In this document: positions 1-9,739 of the stretch, piece after piece | Numbering within the stretch: position 1 is the stretch's first letter | Layout of the letters: each line of letters starts with the position of its first letter | Origin: an uncultured Ruminococcus sp. | GTDB lineage: Bacteria; Bacillota; Clostridia; Oscillospirales; Ruminococcaceae | Assembly: GCA_900545125.1 (NCBI GenBank) | Contig: UQXS01000001.1 | Span: 1-40,082, forward strand | Direction: 5' to 3' | DNA length: 40,082 nt | Notes under the pieces: generated by a model | What the model was told of the DNA's origin: nothing | Seen by the model: the letters and a program-made list of their open reading frames with translations, nothing else | Database searches by the model: none | Made by a program: the position numbers and the translations under genes

Positions 1-956
1 AGATGTACCGCCAGCTTGTAATCCGCAGCTTTCAGCGCCGGATGTCCTGCAAAATCACCGTACATTGCCTTGTCGATTGCTTGTCTCCGATGTTCTATCC
101 GGACACCGACAGCAAAATTTTTCTGCGACAGACTTATGTTTTTATTATACAGAAGTTCAAAAACATCTCTTGCGCTGTGACCGGAAGCAAGTATTACATC
201 CGCTGTCCCGATAGTATTTATGCATCCGTTCTGTTCGTAGGATACCGACGAAATACAGCCGTCTTTCGTCTCAAATCCGCAGAACCGTGCCCCGAACCTG
301 ACTTCGCCGCCCAGAGAAATAACATATTCCCTGAGATTTTTTACAACGTCACGCAGCCTGTCCGTTCCGATGTGCGGCTTTGCCATATAAAGTATCTCGT
401 CCGGTGCGCCAAATTCCACAAGACGTTCCATTATCCAGCCTATGCGCTTGTCCTTGATACCTGTATTCAGCTTGCCGTCAGAGAAAGTTCCGGCTCCCCC
501 CTCGCCGAATTGAATGTTGCATTCCGTATTAAGTCTGCCCGTCATGCGGAATTCCTCAACTGCCCTGACACGTGTATCCACGTCAGCTCCACGTTCCAGA
601 ACAACGGGTCTTGCTCCTGCCATAGCAAGAACGACAGCGGCAAACATCCCTGCCGGCCCGAATCCTACTATTACCGGTCTTGAACATCCTGCCGGAACAG
701 TATTGACCTTATAACTGATTTTTTCGGCAGAAACAGCATTTTTCAGCGTTTTAACAAGATATTTTTCACCGCCTGCCTCAATCTCCAGCGAAATAATAAA
801 ATGTACGTCCGATTTTTTTCTTGCATCTACTGATTTTTTTGCCAGCTTTACGCTTCTGAGCTTTTCACGGGATATTCCGAGTTTTTCGGTGCAGAATTTG
901 TCCAGCGCCGAAAAATCAAAATCCAGAGGAACTCTTATATTTCCGATTCTTATCAT
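1..956 (-). CDS. FAD-dependent oxidoreductase (COG2509-like), N-terminal part; runs off the window edge
   Basis: Not in the ORF track. Read by hand from ATG at 956: MIRIGNIRVPLDF...KKSVDARKK...RPVIVGFGPAGMFAAVVLAMAGARPVVLERG, with a Rossmann GxGPAG motif. SD-like GGAGAG upstream. Confidence 0.88.
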   Translation of the reverse strand, partial: MIRIGNIRVPLDFDFSALDKFCTEKLGISREKLRSVKLAKKSVDARKKSDVHFIISLEIEAGGEKYLVKTLKNAVSAEKISYKVNTVPAGCSRPVIVGFGPAGMFAAVVLAMAGARPVVLERGADVDTRVRAVEEFRMTGRLNTECNIQFGEGGAGTFSDGKLNTGIKDKRIGWIMERLVEFGAPDEILYMAKPHIGTDRLRDVVKNLREYVISLGGEVRFGARFCGFETKDGCISSVSYEQNGCINTIGTADVILASGHSARDVFELLYNKNISLSQKNFAVGVRIEHRRQAIDKAMYGDFAGHPALKAADYKLAVH

Positions 957-1029
957 TGTATCTCTCCATTAATGCCTTATCATTAACTTTAATTGGTGCA
1001 GTTTCTCACCCTCGTGTCACAGCGGATTT

Positions 1030-1112
1030 TTCTCTATGGGTATTCACCCTAATTCTTCTCATTACCCCTTTATGGGGTAATGAAAATAAATAGAGTGAAT
1101 ATCCATAGAGAA
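1030..1112. repeat. 83-bp imperfect inverted repeat in the divergent promoter region
   Basis: Arms 1030-1068 and 1074-1112 match at 34/39 positions as reverse complements, with a 5-nt loop. Confidence 0.8.
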
Positions 1113-1153
1113 TATTTTCTCTTGACATGAGCATAAGAAACAAAATCCACTAA

Positions 1154-2275
<1,122 letters not shown>

Positions 2276-2295
2276 TTTGATCTTTGAAAATTCAA

Positions 2296-2324
2296 GCAGC
2301 GCCGTTCGTGAGTAACGGCGCTGC
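2296..2324 (+). other. intercistronic GC-rich stem-loop (ilvC/ilvD)
   Basis: GCAGCGCCGTT-7nt-AACGGCGCTGC, perfect 11-bp stem, no U-tract on the + strand. Confidence 0.55.
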
Positions 2325-2347
2325 CTTAAAAAAGCGAGGTAAAAAAT

Positions 2348-4012
2348 ATGAGCGGCAATTTTTTCTGCGAGGGTGTTGAAAAGGCATCGCAGCGTTCCCT
2401 TTTCAATGCGCTCGGACATACAAAAGAGGAGATGAATCGTCCTCTGGTCGGAATCGTTTCGTCATACAACGAGATCGTTCCTGGACATATGAACATAGAC
2501 AAGATCGTTGAAGCCGTAAAGCTCGGTGTAGCCATGGCTGGCGGAACTCCCGTTGTATTTCCGGCTATCGCCGTATGCGACGGCATTGCAATGGGTCACA
2601 CGGGAATGAAATACTCCCTCGTAACACGTGACCTTATAGCCGATTCTACGGAATGCATGGCTCTGGCACATCATTTTGATGCCCTTGTCATGGTTCCCAA
2701 CTGCGACAAAAACGTTCCCGGTCTGCTTATGGCTGCGGCACGTATAAACGTTCCTACTATCTTCGTAAGCGGCGGCCCTATGCTTGCCGGACACGTCAAG
2801 GGAAAGAAAACAAGTCTTTCATCCATGTTTGAGGCTGTCGGCGCATACACTGCCGGAAAAATGTCCGCCGAGGATGTTGAAGAATTCGAGAATAAAGCCT
2901 GTCCGACCTGCGGTTCATGCTCCGGTATGTACACCGCCAATTCCATGAACTGCCTGACGGAAGTTCTCGGAATGGGACTTAAAGGCAACGGAACTATTCC
3001 TGCCGTTTACTCCGAAAGAATCAAGCTTGCAAAAATGGCTGGAATGCAGGTAATGGAACTTTACAGACAGAATATCCGTCCCCTCGATATAATGACCGAA
3101 AAGGCTTTCATGAACGCCCTTACTGCCGATATGGCTCTGGGATGCTCCACAAACAGTATGCTGCATCTCCCTGCCATTGCAAACGAATGCGGCGTTGACA
3201 TTAATCTTGACATTGCAAACGAGATCAGCGCAAGAACGCCGAATCTCTGCCACCTTGCTCCGGCAGGTCATACCTATATGGAAGATCTCAACGAAGCCGG
3301 CGGAGTTTACGCTGTTCTGAACGAGCTTTCAAAGAAAAATCTTATAAACACCGACTGCATGACTGTTACGGGTAAGACCGTTGGCGAAAACATCAGCGGA
3401 TGCATAAATAAAGATCCCGAAACTATACGTCCCATTGACAACCCCTACAGCGAAACTGGCGGAATTGCCGTTCTGCGTGGAAATCTTGCTCCCGACAGAT
3501 GCGTTGTAAAGAGAAGCGCAGTTGCTCCCGAAATGCTCTGTCACAAAGGCCCTGCAAGAGTATTCGACAGCGAAGAGGAAGCTATCAAGGTCATCTACGA
3601 GGGCGGCATCAAGGCTGGAGACGTTGTTGTCATCCGCTACGAAGGCCCTGCCGGAGGTCCGGGAATGAGAGAAATGCTCTCGCCGACTTCCGCAATTCAG
3701 GGTGCAGGCCTCGGCTCGTCGGTTGCCCTTATCACGGACGGACGTTTCTCCGGTGCTACTCGTGGGGCAGCTATAGGTCACGTTTCACCGGAGGCTGTAA
3801 ACGGCGGCGCTATCGCCTATGTAAAGGACGGCGATATTATTTCTATCGACATCCCCAACTACTCCATAACCCTCGAGGTTTCCGATGAGGAACTCGCCGA
3901 GCGCAGAAAGACCATGCCGATCAAGAAAAAAGAGGGCATAACAGGCTATCTGAAACGCTATGCGAATATGGTTTCTTCCGCTGATAAGGGAGCGATAATC
4001 AACAGGACATAA
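2348..4012 (+). CDS. ilvD: dihydroxy-acid dehydratase
   Basis: [47 protein letters not shown] and [10 protein letters not shown] motifs. Confidence 0.98.
   Translation: MSGNFFCEGVEKASQRSLFNALGHTKEEMNRPLVGIVSSYNEIVPGHMNIDKIVEAVKLGVAMAGGTPVVFPAIAVCDGIAMGHTGMKYSLVTRDLIADSTECMALAHHFDALVMVPNCDKNVPGLLMAAARINVPTIFVSGGPMLAGHVKGKKTSLSSMFEAVGAYTAGKMSAEDVEEFENKACPTCGSCSGMYTANSMNCLTEVLGMGLKGNGTIPAVYSERIKLAKMAGMQVMELYRQNIRPLDIMTEKAFMNALTADMALGCSTNSMLHLPAIANECGVDINLDIANEISARTPNLCHLAPAGHTYMEDLNEAGGVYAVLNELSKKNLINTDCMTVTGKTVGENISGCINKDPETIRPIDNPYSETGGIAVLRGNLAPDRCVVKRSAVAPEMLCHKGPARVFDSEEEAIKVIYEGGIKAGDVVVIRYEGPAGGPGMREMLSPTSAIQGAGLGSSVALITDGRFSGATRGAAIGHVSPEAVNGGAIAYVKDGDIISIDIPNYSITLEVSDEELAERRKTMPIKKKEGITGYLKRYANMVSSADKGAIINRT
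3971..4003 (+). repeat. ilvD 3'-end repeat, copy 1 (inside ilvD; encodes [11 protein letters not shown])
   Basis: GTTTCTTCCGCTGATAAGGGAGCGATAATCAAC, repeated at 4478-4510 and partially at 4878-4902 and 5321-5340. Confidence 0.9.
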
Positions 4013-4025
4013 GGAGTAACTTATT

Positions 4026-4460
4026 ATGATCGATACTTCAAAAAAATACTGGACTGGTGATAATGCAGACGATATAGATGAATATTTGAGAGAATATTCA
4101 GAAAATAATTCTATTGACGTGAAGCCTGTAATATGTCATTCCTGCGGAAATGATTCATTTCAGTTAAGAGTCGATTGGGATGAAGTCGCAATTCAGATTA
4201 AATGTACTAAATGCAATACCAAGAAAATTATTCTGGATTGTGAAGAAGTATGGGAAGATGCAAAGCCAAGACTAAGAAAATGTCCCATATGTAAGAGTTC
4301 AAAGGAATACAATGTAAAGGTTGGATTTATACGCAGAGAAAATGGCAGCGTAAAGTGGGTATATATCGGAAACCGCTGTACGAATTGCGGAACTTTAGGA
4401 TCTTACCTTGATTGGAAAATCGACTATGAGCCTACGACAGAAATAGAAAATAACATATAA
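4026..4460 (+). CDS. hypothetical protein with four CxxC pairs (double zinc-ribbon-like); cassette A
   Basis: 144-aa ORF with CHSC, CTKC, CPIC and CTNC. AAGGAG RBS overlaps the ilvD stop. AT-rich. Confidence 0.85.
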   Translation: MIDTSKKYWTGDNADDIDEYLREYSENNSIDVKPVICHSCGNDSFQLRVDWDEVAIQIKCTKCNTKKIILDCEEVWEDAKPRLRKCPICKSSKEYNVKVGFIRRENGSVKWVYIGNRCTNCGTLGSYLDWKIDYEPTTEIENNI

Positions 4461-4477
4461 GTTATTTATAAGAAACA

Positions 4478-4519
4478 GTTTCCTCCGCTGATAAGGGAGC
4501 GATTATTAACAAAAAGTAA
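4478..4519 (+). repeat. ilvD 3'-end repeat, copy 2 ([13 protein letters not shown])
   Basis: 30/33 nt identical to 3971-4003, and all three differences are synonymous. Ends in TAA overlapping the next ATG (TAATG). Confidence 0.92.
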
Positions 4520-4797
4520 TGAAAAGCAAAAACAGATTTACATCCCTTATGGACAATGACAACGAAATAGGTAACATTTACAGAAAAGACCGTGAGTATA
4601 TTATTGAAATAAATATCTGGAATGGTTCTGTCAAACGTTTGAAAACTATAAACTGTAAAAAAATTGTCCATAATATTGAAATGGTCGATGAGTTTGGAGA
4701 AATAGTTATAAATAATAATAACTATAAATTCATGACAGTATCTGACGATGATATAATTCTTGAAATCGAAGCCGATGATATTGTTTTTGAGGATTGA
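4519..4797 (+). CDS. small acidic hypothetical protein; cassette B
   Basis: 92-aa AT-rich ORF, start overlapping the TAA of repeat copy 2, same strand as its neighbours. Confidence 0.7.
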   Translation: MKSKNRFTSLMDNDNEIGNIYRKDREYIIEINIWNGSVKRLKTINCKKIVHNIEMVDEFGEIVINNNNYKFMTVSDDDIILEIEADDIVFED

Positions 4798-4860
4798 AAT
4801 TATTCTTCTGCTCAAAAATAATAATATTAAGCAAATAAACTGGAGGTTATATAGTTATAT

Positions 4861-4874
4861 AAATGGGTATGACA
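4861..4874 (+). repeat. stranded copy of the leuC translation start
   Basis: AAATGGGTATGACA is identical to 5667-5680 (leuC MGMT). GGAGG lies upstream at 4842-4846. Confidence 0.7.
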
Positions 4875-4877
4875 CTG

Positions 4878-4902
4878 CGCTGATAAGGGGGATATCATGA
4901 AT
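4878..4902 (+). repeat. ilvD 3'-end repeat, copy 3 (degenerate, ADKGDIMN)
   Basis: CGCTGATAAGGGGGATATCATGAAT. First 12 nt identical to copies 1 and 2. Supplies the SD-like AAGGGG and the ATG of the next ORF. Confidence 0.75.
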
Positions 4903-5277
4903 ATCACTGAAAAAACGATAAAAGAAACAGAAGCCAGAACCTATGCGTATTTATCAAGCGCTGCGATTGGATTTCTGATTGCAGAGATACTATTGCTGGT
5001 ATATTCTTTTATTTACAGTTTGCTGGAATACCTTACATATCGCAACAACGAGGAAAATTACGGCGAAAAATCACATTATGTCGATTTGAATGCACTTTGG
5101 CTGCGTGGTTGTCTGGGAGTAATTTTAATATTAATGTTGTTTTTCGTTGTGCGGTTCTGGATACGGAAAATAAAATGCATTGAAAGAAAACGTCCGGTTA
5201 TAATCATTTCAAGCGTTTTAATGATAACTTTACTTCCGGTCTGGGGGTATCTGTCAATCCTGATACTGGCAATATAA
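4897..5277 (+). CDS. hypothetical membrane protein (about 3 TM helices); cassette C
   Basis: 126-aa ORF with three long hydrophobic stretches; ATG lies inside repeat copy 3. Confidence 0.75.
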   Translation: MNITEKTIKETEARTYAYLSSAAIGFLIAEILLLVYSFIYSLLEYLTYRNNEENYGEKSHYVDLNALWLRGCLGVILILMLFFVVRFWIRKIKCIERKRPVIIISSVLMITLLPVWGYLSILILAI

Positions 5278-5320
5278 ATCTATTCTGATTTTATATAAAT
5301 ACAAAGCGATAACTAAATTC

Positions 5321-5346
5321 ATAAGGGAGCAATTATTAATAAGTAA
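5321..5346 (+). repeat. ilvD 3'-end repeat, copy 4 (KGAIINK*)
   Basis: ATAAGGGAGCAATTATTAATAAGTAA, the right half of the repeat with synonymous changes, again ending in TAATG. Confidence 0.82.
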
Positions 5347-5381
5347 TGTTATTGCTGAAATTGAATTCAAGAGGAGATCTT

Positions 5382-5642
5382 ATGAAGCATATTTATCATA
5401 TAGGCAAATGTCCTATTTGCGCACCTTATGGACAAATGGAGATATTATTTGATTGTTTAGCAGGTAAATGCTTTGTAATGTGTGATGAATGTTCAATAGA
5501 GTTTCAGTCTGTTAATGACTATTACAAAACAAATGGAAAAAGGATTTTCTATAAAGAAAACGAAAAAATCCCTCCGGTAAGACCCGCTACTTTGAATGAG
5601 ATAAAGGATACTGAATGGCATTCATTAATAACAGATAACTAA
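5382..5642 (+). CDS. small Cys-containing hypothetical protein (CPIC...CDEC); cassette D
   Basis: GAGGAG RBS at 5371-5376 favours ATG 5382; ATG 5346 is an in-frame alternative. AT-rich. Confidence 0.75.
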   Translation: MKHIYHIGKCPICAPYGQMEILFDCLAGKCFVMCDECSIEFQSVNDYYKTNGKRIFYKENEKIPPVRPATLNEIKDTEWHSLITDN

Positions 5643-5668
5643 ATTTATATTTGAAAGGAATGATAAAA

Positions 5669-6937
5669 ATGGGTATGACAATGACGCAGAAAATTCTTGC
5701 GGCTCATGCCGGACTTGATTCGGTTCAGGCAGGACAGCTCATCCTTGCCGATCTCGATTTAGTTCTCGGCAACGATATTACCTCTCCGGTGGCTATCAAG
5801 GAATTTGCAAAACTGAATAAAACAGGCGTTTTCGATAAGGACAAGGTGACTATGGTAATGGATCACTTTGCACCCAACAAGGATATCAAAGCTGCCGAAC
5901 AGTGCAAAATGTGCCGTGATTTCTGCGGCGCTAACGATGTTACTCATTTCTATGATGTGGGAAAAATGGGCATAGAACACGCTCTCCTGCCTGAAAAAGG
6001 TCTTGTCACCGCCGGAAACGTGGTTATCGGAGCAGATTCCCACACCTGTACATACGGCGCACTCGGAGCATTCTCAACAGGCGTAGGCTCAACGGATATG
6101 GCGTGCGGAATGGCTGTCGGAAAAGCATGGTTCAAAGTTCCGTCCGCAATCAGATTCAATCTTACGGGAAAACTCCGGAAATACGTTACCGGAAAGGACG
6201 TTATCCTGCACATTATCGGTATGATAGGCGTTGACGGCGCACTCTACCGCTCTATGGAATTCACAGGCGAGGGACTTTCTTCACTTACTATGTCCGACCG
6301 TCTCTGCATCTCGAATATGGCTATCGAAGCCGGAGCAAAGAACGGTATCTTTGAAGTTGACGATATCACCCTTGAATATATCAGGGAACACGGCGGTGCA
6401 GAACCGAAGATATATAAGTCTGACGATGACGCCGTTTACGATGAAACGATCGACATTGATCTTTCTGCAATCGAGCCGACAGTTTCATTCCCGCATCTGC
6501 CTGAAAACGCAAAGACATTCGATCAGTTCGGCGATATAAAGATAGATCAGGTAGTTATCGGCTCATGTACAAACGGCAGACTTGAAGATCTTCAGATTGC
6601 CGCTGAAATCATGAAGGGCAGAAAATGCGCTGAAAATGTGCGTGTTATAATTATCCCGGCAACACAGCAGATATATCTTGACGCTATGGAACAAGGTCTG
6701 CTCAAAATATTCATTGAAAGCGGAGCAATTGTTTCAACACCTACCTGCGGCCCTTGTCTGGGCGGATATATGGGTATCCTTGCAGCCGGCGAACGTGCCG
6801 TTACAACAACCAACCGCAACTTTGTCGGACGTATGGGTCATACTGAATCAGAGGTGTATCTTGCAAGCCCTGCCGTTGCTGCGGCAAGTGCTCTGACAGG
6901 AAAGATTTCAAGTCCATGGGAGGTAATGAACAGATGA
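5669..6937 (+). CDS. leuC: 3-isopropylmalate dehydratase large subunit
   Basis: [13 protein letters not shown] start after [30 protein letters not shown] and TTNRNF aconitase-family motifs. Confidence 0.96.
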   Translation: MGMTMTQKILAAHAGLDSVQAGQLILADLDLVLGNDITSPVAIKEFAKLNKTGVFDKDKVTMVMDHFAPNKDIKAAEQCKMCRDFCGANDVTHFYDVGKMGIEHALLPEKGLVTAGNVVIGADSHTCTYGALGAFSTGVGSTDMACGMAVGKAWFKVPSAIRFNLTGKLRKYVTGKDVILHIIGMIGVDGALYRSMEFTGEGLSSLTMSDRLCISNMAIEAGAKNGIFEVDDITLEYIREHGGAEPKIYKSDDDAVYDETIDIDLSAIEPTVSFPHLPENAKTFDQFGDIKIDQVVIGSCTNGRLEDLQIAAEIMKGRKCAENVRVIIIPATQQIYLDAMEQGLLKIFIESGAIVSTPTCGPCLGGYMGILAAGERAVTTTNRNFVGRMGHTESEVYLASPAVAAASALTGKISSPWEVMNR

Positions 6938-7428
6938 AGTACACAGGAAACGCTATAAAATACGGCGATAACGTTGATACCGACGTTATAATTCCGGCAA
7001 GATATCTTAACACAAGCGATCACGCCGAGCTTGCATCGCACTGCATGGAGGATATCGACAAAACATTTGTAAGCCGTGTACAGAAAAACGATATCATGGT
7101 AGCCGGACAGAATTTCGGCTGCGGTTCTTCCCGTGAACACGCACCTATCGCTATCAAGGCAAGCGGAATCTCGGTCGTTATTGCAAAAAGCTTTGCAAGA
7201 ATCTTTTACAGAAATTCCATAAATATCGGACTTGCCATCGTTGAATGCCCCGAAGCTGCCGACGGTATCTCCGAGGGCGACAAGGTCGAGGCTGACCTTG
7301 ACAACGGTATTATCCACAACCTTACAACAGGTGCGGAATTCAGAACAGAACCGTTCCCCGAGTTTATCCAGAAGATAATCGAAAACGGCGGTCTTATAAA
7401 TTCTGTCGCCAACGGTTCGGTAAAGTAA
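6934..7428 (+). CDS. leuD: 3-isopropylmalate dehydratase small subunit
   Basis: [14 protein letters not shown] and [11 protein letters not shown] motifs; ATGA overlap with the leuC stop. Confidence 0.96.
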   Translation: MKYTGNAIKYGDNVDTDVIIPARYLNTSDHAELASHCMEDIDKTFVSRVQKNDIMVAGQNFGCGSSREHAPIAIKASGISVVIAKSFARIFYRNSINIGLAIVECPEAADGISEGDKVEADLDNGIIHNLTTGAEFRTEPFPEFIQKIIENGGLINSVANGSVK

Positions 7429-7449
7429 CAGAAAAGAGGTCTTTTCATA

Positions 7450-8523
7450 ATGGAGTTCAATATTGCCTTATTAAAAGGCGACGGCATCGGCCCTGAAATT
7501 GTAGACAGTGCCGTTGCTGTTCTCGAAAAAACTGCAGTAAAATTCGGTCATAAATTCAATTTCACTCCCTATCTCATAGGCGGATGCGCCATTGATGCCA
7601 CGGGGCTGCCTCTGCCACAGGAGACTGTTGACGGCTGTCTTGCATCGGACAGTGTACTGCTTGGTGCTGTCGGCGGTCCGAAATGGGACGGTCAGCCCGG
7701 AGACAAGCGTCCGGAAAAAGCTCTTCTTGGAATCCGTTCGGCTCTCGGACTTTTCACAAATCTTCGTCCGGCTACGCTGTACCCTGCGCTCCGTGCCGCT
7801 TCTCCCCTGAAAGATGAAATTGTCGGCGACGGCTTTGATATCATGATCGTCCGTGAGCTTACCGGAGGAATCTACTTCGGCGACAGGGGCTACCGTGAGG
7901 GAAAATACGGTCAGGAGGCTTACGATACCGAGGCTTACAGCGTTACCGAGATCGAACGTATCGGCAGAGTCGCTTTTGATACGGCAATGAAACGAAATAA
8001 GCGTGTTACAAGCATCGACAAGGCAAACGTACTGGAATCTTCCCGTCTCTGGAGAAAGACCATGCACGCTCTTGCAGAAGAATATCCGGAGGTTGAATAC
8101 AGCGATATGTTCGTTGACAATGCCGCTATGCAGCTTGTGAGAAATCCACGTCAGTTCGACGTTATAGTAACTTCCAATATGTTCGGGGATATCCTCTCGG
8201 ACGAAGCATCGCAGATAACCGGCTCTATCGGTATGCTTGCTTCGGCATCACTGGGTGCATCTTCCCGTGGTATGTACGAACCTATACACGGCAGTGCTCC
8301 GGACATTGCAGGTCAGAACAAGGCAAATCCCATTGCCACGATACTTTCGGGAGCTATGATGCTCCGCTACTCTTTCGGACTTTCAGAAGAAGCCGATGCT
8401 ATCGAAAAGGCTGTTGACAAGGTTCTGAACGACGGTTGGCGAACCGCTGATCTCATGGGCGCAGACAAGGGAACTCCGCTTACCTGCACGGAAATGACTG
8501 AAAAAGTATTAGAGGCGTTATAA
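7450..8523 (+). CDS. leuB: 3-isopropylmalate dehydrogenase
   Basis: [30 protein letters not shown] and [12 protein letters not shown] motifs. Confidence 0.98.
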   Translation: MEFNIALLKGDGIGPEIVDSAVAVLEKTAVKFGHKFNFTPYLIGGCAIDATGLPLPQETVDGCLASDSVLLGAVGGPKWDGQPGDKRPEKALLGIRSALGLFTNLRPATLYPALRAASPLKDEIVGDGFDIMIVRELTGGIYFGDRGYREGKYGQEAYDTEAYSVTEIERIGRVAFDTAMKRNKRVTSIDKANVLESSRLWRKTMHALAEEYPEVEYSDMFVDNAAMQLVRNPRQFDVIVTSNMFGDILSDEASQITGSIGMLASASLGASSRGMYEPIHGSAPDIAGQNKANPIATILSGAMMLRYSFGLSEEADAIEKAVDKVLNDGWRTADLMGADKGTPLTCTEMTEKVLEAL

Positions 8524-9725
8524 TGGCTGATATCCATGAAAAACTTGACAATCTCAACTGCGGAATGGACACTCTTGCCGTGTTCCGCAGTCTGCTTGAC
8601 GACAAAGTATTAAGTATTCTCAAGGAACTGCTTAGAGAATCTGCCGACGACGATCATTTCAACATTGGCAGATATTCGCAGTTTGCCGCCGAACTTTACA
8701 GCCATAATGTGAATTTCAGCGAATATCTCCTGAAAACCGTCCTGGAGGATGAAAATTTCTATATTGCCGGAAAGGCTGCCGGAAAAGAATTCGATGACTG
8801 CATTGAAGATGCTGTCTCAGCCGAACTGTCTTTTTTGCAGGAACTCTCACATCTCACCCCGGATGAGGCTTCATACGGATATTACAGGATATATCCTCTC
8901 CCAAGGTGGAAAAACTCCGACATTGACTTTGCCGCCGAATACAGGAAGCGAATAAGCGATATCGGACTGCACGGCTACGGCAAGTTTGCCAAAAGTCCCA
9001 TGTTTATCCTGCGTGACGGTGAGATTATTCCCGTTAATCATCCCGATAAGCAGCGTCTTTCGGAGCTTTACGGCTACGAATCGGAACGTCAGGCAGTCAT
9101 AAACAACACTCTTGCTCTGCTGGAGGGAAAACCTGCTCAGAACGTACTTCTTTACGGCGATGCAGGCACGGGAAAATCCTCCACGGTAAAGGCTGTGGTC
9201 AACGAATACGCCGACCGTGGACTGCGTCTTATAGAGATAACAAAAGAACAGCTCCGTGATATCCCCCGCATTATCGAAAGCATAAGCGGAAATCCGCTGA
9301 AATTCATTATTTTTATTGACGATCTTTCTTTCGTTTCCGGGGAGGACTGCTTCGGCGCTCTTAAAGCGACTCTGGAGGGATCTGTTTCCGCCCGGAACAG
9401 CAACACGGTGATATATGCCACCAGCAACCGCCGTCATCTGGTAAAAGAAAGTTTCTCCGACCGCAGCGGCGATGATATCCACCGGAACGATTCAATGCAG
9501 GAAACTCTCTCGCTTTCGGCACGTTTCGGTTTAAAGGTGAACTTCGGACGCCCCGACAAAAAGGCTTACATTGCCATTGTCAGAGAACTTGCCGGAAACT
9601 GCGGCATAAATATATCTGACGCAGAGCTTGTGCTCAAGGCAGAACAGTTCGCCTTGCAGGGCAGCGGCAGATCACCAAGAACTGCAAGACAGTTTGTAAA
9701 TCAACTCATTAACGAACATAAATAA
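8523..9725 (+). CDS. DUF815-family AAA+ ATP-binding protein
   Basis: Walker A GDAGTGKS, IFIDDLSF, YATSNRRHLVKE and RSPRTARQF. Confidence 0.88.
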   Translation: MADIHEKLDNLNCGMDTLAVFRSLLDDKVLSILKELLRESADDDHFNIGRYSQFAAELYSHNVNFSEYLLKTVLEDENFYIAGKAAGKEFDDCIEDAVSAELSFLQELSHLTPDEASYGYYRIYPLPRWKNSDIDFAAEYRKRISDIGLHGYGKFAKSPMFILRDGEIIPVNHPDKQRLSELYGYESERQAVINNTLALLEGKPAQNVLLYGDAGTGKSSTVKAVVNEYADRGLRLIEITKEQLRDIPRIIESISGNPLKFIIFIDDLSFVSGEDCFGALKATLEGSVSARNSNTVIYATSNRRHLVKESFSDRSGDDIHRNDSMQETLSLSARFGLKVNFGRPDKKAYIAIVRELAGNCGINISDAELVLKAEQFALQGSGRSPRTARQFVNQLINEHK

Positions 9726-9739
9726 AGAAGGTAATTAAA

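Noticed and set aside
3..683. 226-aa plus-strand ORF in the track
   Set aside because: Antisense shadow of the real minus-strand FAD oxidoreductase (956 to <1).
4462..4815. 117-aa minus-strand ORF
   Set aside because: Overlaps the plus-strand 4519-4797 ORF, which fits the array orientation and TAATG coupling.
3971..5346. CRISPR array or classical integron attC interpretation of the repeats
   Set aside because: Spacing is 392-507 nt with whole ORFs between copies, there are no cas or intI genes, and no long attC hairpins with GTTRRRY/RYYYAAC boxes are evident. The repeats are ilvD coding sequence.
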